NCBI GenBank assembly: GCA_035641095.1
Contig: DASQUV010000058.1
Location: forward strand, 35,207 to 59,206
Length of the DNA stretch: 24,000 bases
DNA from: Nitrososphaeraceae archaeon
GTDB lineage: Archaea > Thermoproteota > Nitrososphaeria > Nitrososphaerales > Nitrososphaeraceae
Direction of reading: 5' to 3'
Part shown: positions 23,306 to 24,000 of the stretch, in pieces
Numbering within the stretch: the first letter of the stretch is position 1
Layout: each line of letters begins with the position of its first letter
Translations under genes and position numbers: made by a program
Notes under the pieces: model-generated
Seen by the model: the letters and a program-made list of their open reading frames with translations, nothing else
Databases searched by the model: none
Told to the model about the DNA's origin: nothing

Positions 23306-24000
23306 TCAGTTCCCTCGCGAAACTAACTGAGAACTCTGAATCTCCTTGGTAGCCTCTTCCATATCCTTATGTGAATCAACCGATCTCCAGAAAGAGGTAG
23401 AAAATGTTACTCCCTTTAGATTTCGATTCTCTGCCATGACGGGTAATGCGGATGTCTCTATATTTCCACGGTCTGGTAAGATTTCGAAGACATTGTTAGT
23501 GAAAAAGTAGACGCCGGCGTTAATCCATTTGTCATTGATCTGTGGTTTTTCTACAAAGCCTGTAACCAGACCGCTCTTGTCCAACTCAATCACACCGTAC
23601 GGACTTTTCAAGGGTACCAGTGCGAGGGCAGATTTCTTGGTATGTTTCAAAACATTTGGGTCTAAATCGGTCAAAATATCCCCGTTGACCATAAAGAAAC
23701 CTTCCTCTTTAGAGCTGTTGATAAGGCTCCGAGCATTTTTCAACGCTCCTCCAGTCCCGAGCGGCTCCTCTTCAACAGCATAACCCACTCTTACATCGAA
23801 TCTGCTCCCACTTCCGATGTAATCAATAATGCGTTCCTTAAGGTATCCCACACATATTACAATTTCATCAATTTCATGATTTTTGAACCACCTGATTTGC
23901 CATTCGATTATTGGTCGGTCACATACTTCAATCATAGGTTTTGGCCGCTCATCGGTGATAGGCCTGAGTCTCTTTCCTAATCCCCCAGCAAGTATAACAC
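23306..24000 (-). CDS. sugar-phosphate nucleotidyltransferase (RmlA/ManC-like), extreme N-terminus beyond window
   Basis: The track ORF starts at an internal Met (23935). The frame stays open to the window edge, reading VILAGGLGKRLRPITDERPKPMIEVCDRPII... The GG.G.RLRP.T and KPM motifs are the NTP-transferase signature. EEPLGTGGAL is also present. Confidence 0.85.
   Translation of the reverse strand, partial: VILAGGLGKRLRPITDERPKPMIEVCDRPIIEWQIRWFKNHEIDEIVICVGYLKERIIDYIGSGSRFDVRVGYAVEEEPLGTGGALKNARSLINSSKEEGFFMVNGDILTDLDPNVLKHTKKSALALVPLKSPYGVIELDKSGLVTGFVEKPQINDKWINAGVYFFTNNVFEILPDRGNIETSALPVMAENRNLKGVTFSTSFWRSVDSHKDMEEATKEIQSSQLVSRGN

Noticed and set aside
1-24000. CRISPR arrays, IS elements or terminal inverted repeats, rRNA, prophage blocks, and known defence systems
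   Set aside because: I found no regularly spaced direct repeats and no transposase, TnpB, integrase, capsid or terminase-like ORFs. I also found no nuclease/ATPase/methyltransferase combination typical of defence islands. The only mobile-element-type gene is the small serine recombinase.

Overview
This window reads as a compact archaeal chromosomal segment of about 40% GC, about 90% coding. All calls rest on motif recognition by eye; no database or HMM search was possible.

Archaeal signals:
- An intron-containing tRNA.
- AT-rich TATA-like boxes about 25-35 nt upstream of start codons.
- A thiolase/DUF35 gene pair.
- An F420-type luciferase-like (LLM) oxidoreductase.
- An HTH_45-type winged-helix protein.
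- A Nitrososphaerota-like origin is possible but unproven.

The content is mostly core biosynthesis:
- leuB (partial), ilvH and ilvB.
- A DhnA-family class I aldolase plus a Zn-dependent alcohol dehydrogenase (Zn-ADH).
- An orphan trpE-like gene.
- A MOFRL-type glycerate 2-kinase.
- birA, a MenA-like UbiA prenyltransferase and thrC.
- A biotin ring-assembly cluster: bioB-bioF, bioD and bioA.
- A four-gene minus-strand operon: sugar-phosphate nucleotidyltransferase, LLM oxidoreductase, thiolase and DUF35.

Accessory-looking parts:
- A resolvase/invertase-type serine recombinase.
- A 537-bp non-coding stretch containing terminator-like hairpins.
- A tRNA-Asn(GUU) with a 36-nt insertion at a non-canonical position.
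- Several small hypothetical ORFs.

I found no CRISPR array, IS element, rRNA or recognisable defence system.

The leads I rate highest are all hypotheses:
1. The biotin cluster has no recognisable pimeloyl-thioester gene. It sits next to an asparagine-synthetase-like adenylating enzyme that lacks the glutaminase (GATase) domain and carries a Zn-ribbon tail.
2. A 13-nt exact copy of the tRNA-Asn 5' end lies 7.7 kb upstream. Together with the tRNA it brackets the wHTH gene, the AsnB-like gene, the bio genes and the recombinase.
3. The tightly coupled nucleotidyltransferase/LLM/thiolase/DUF35 operon has no HMG-CoA synthase partner.
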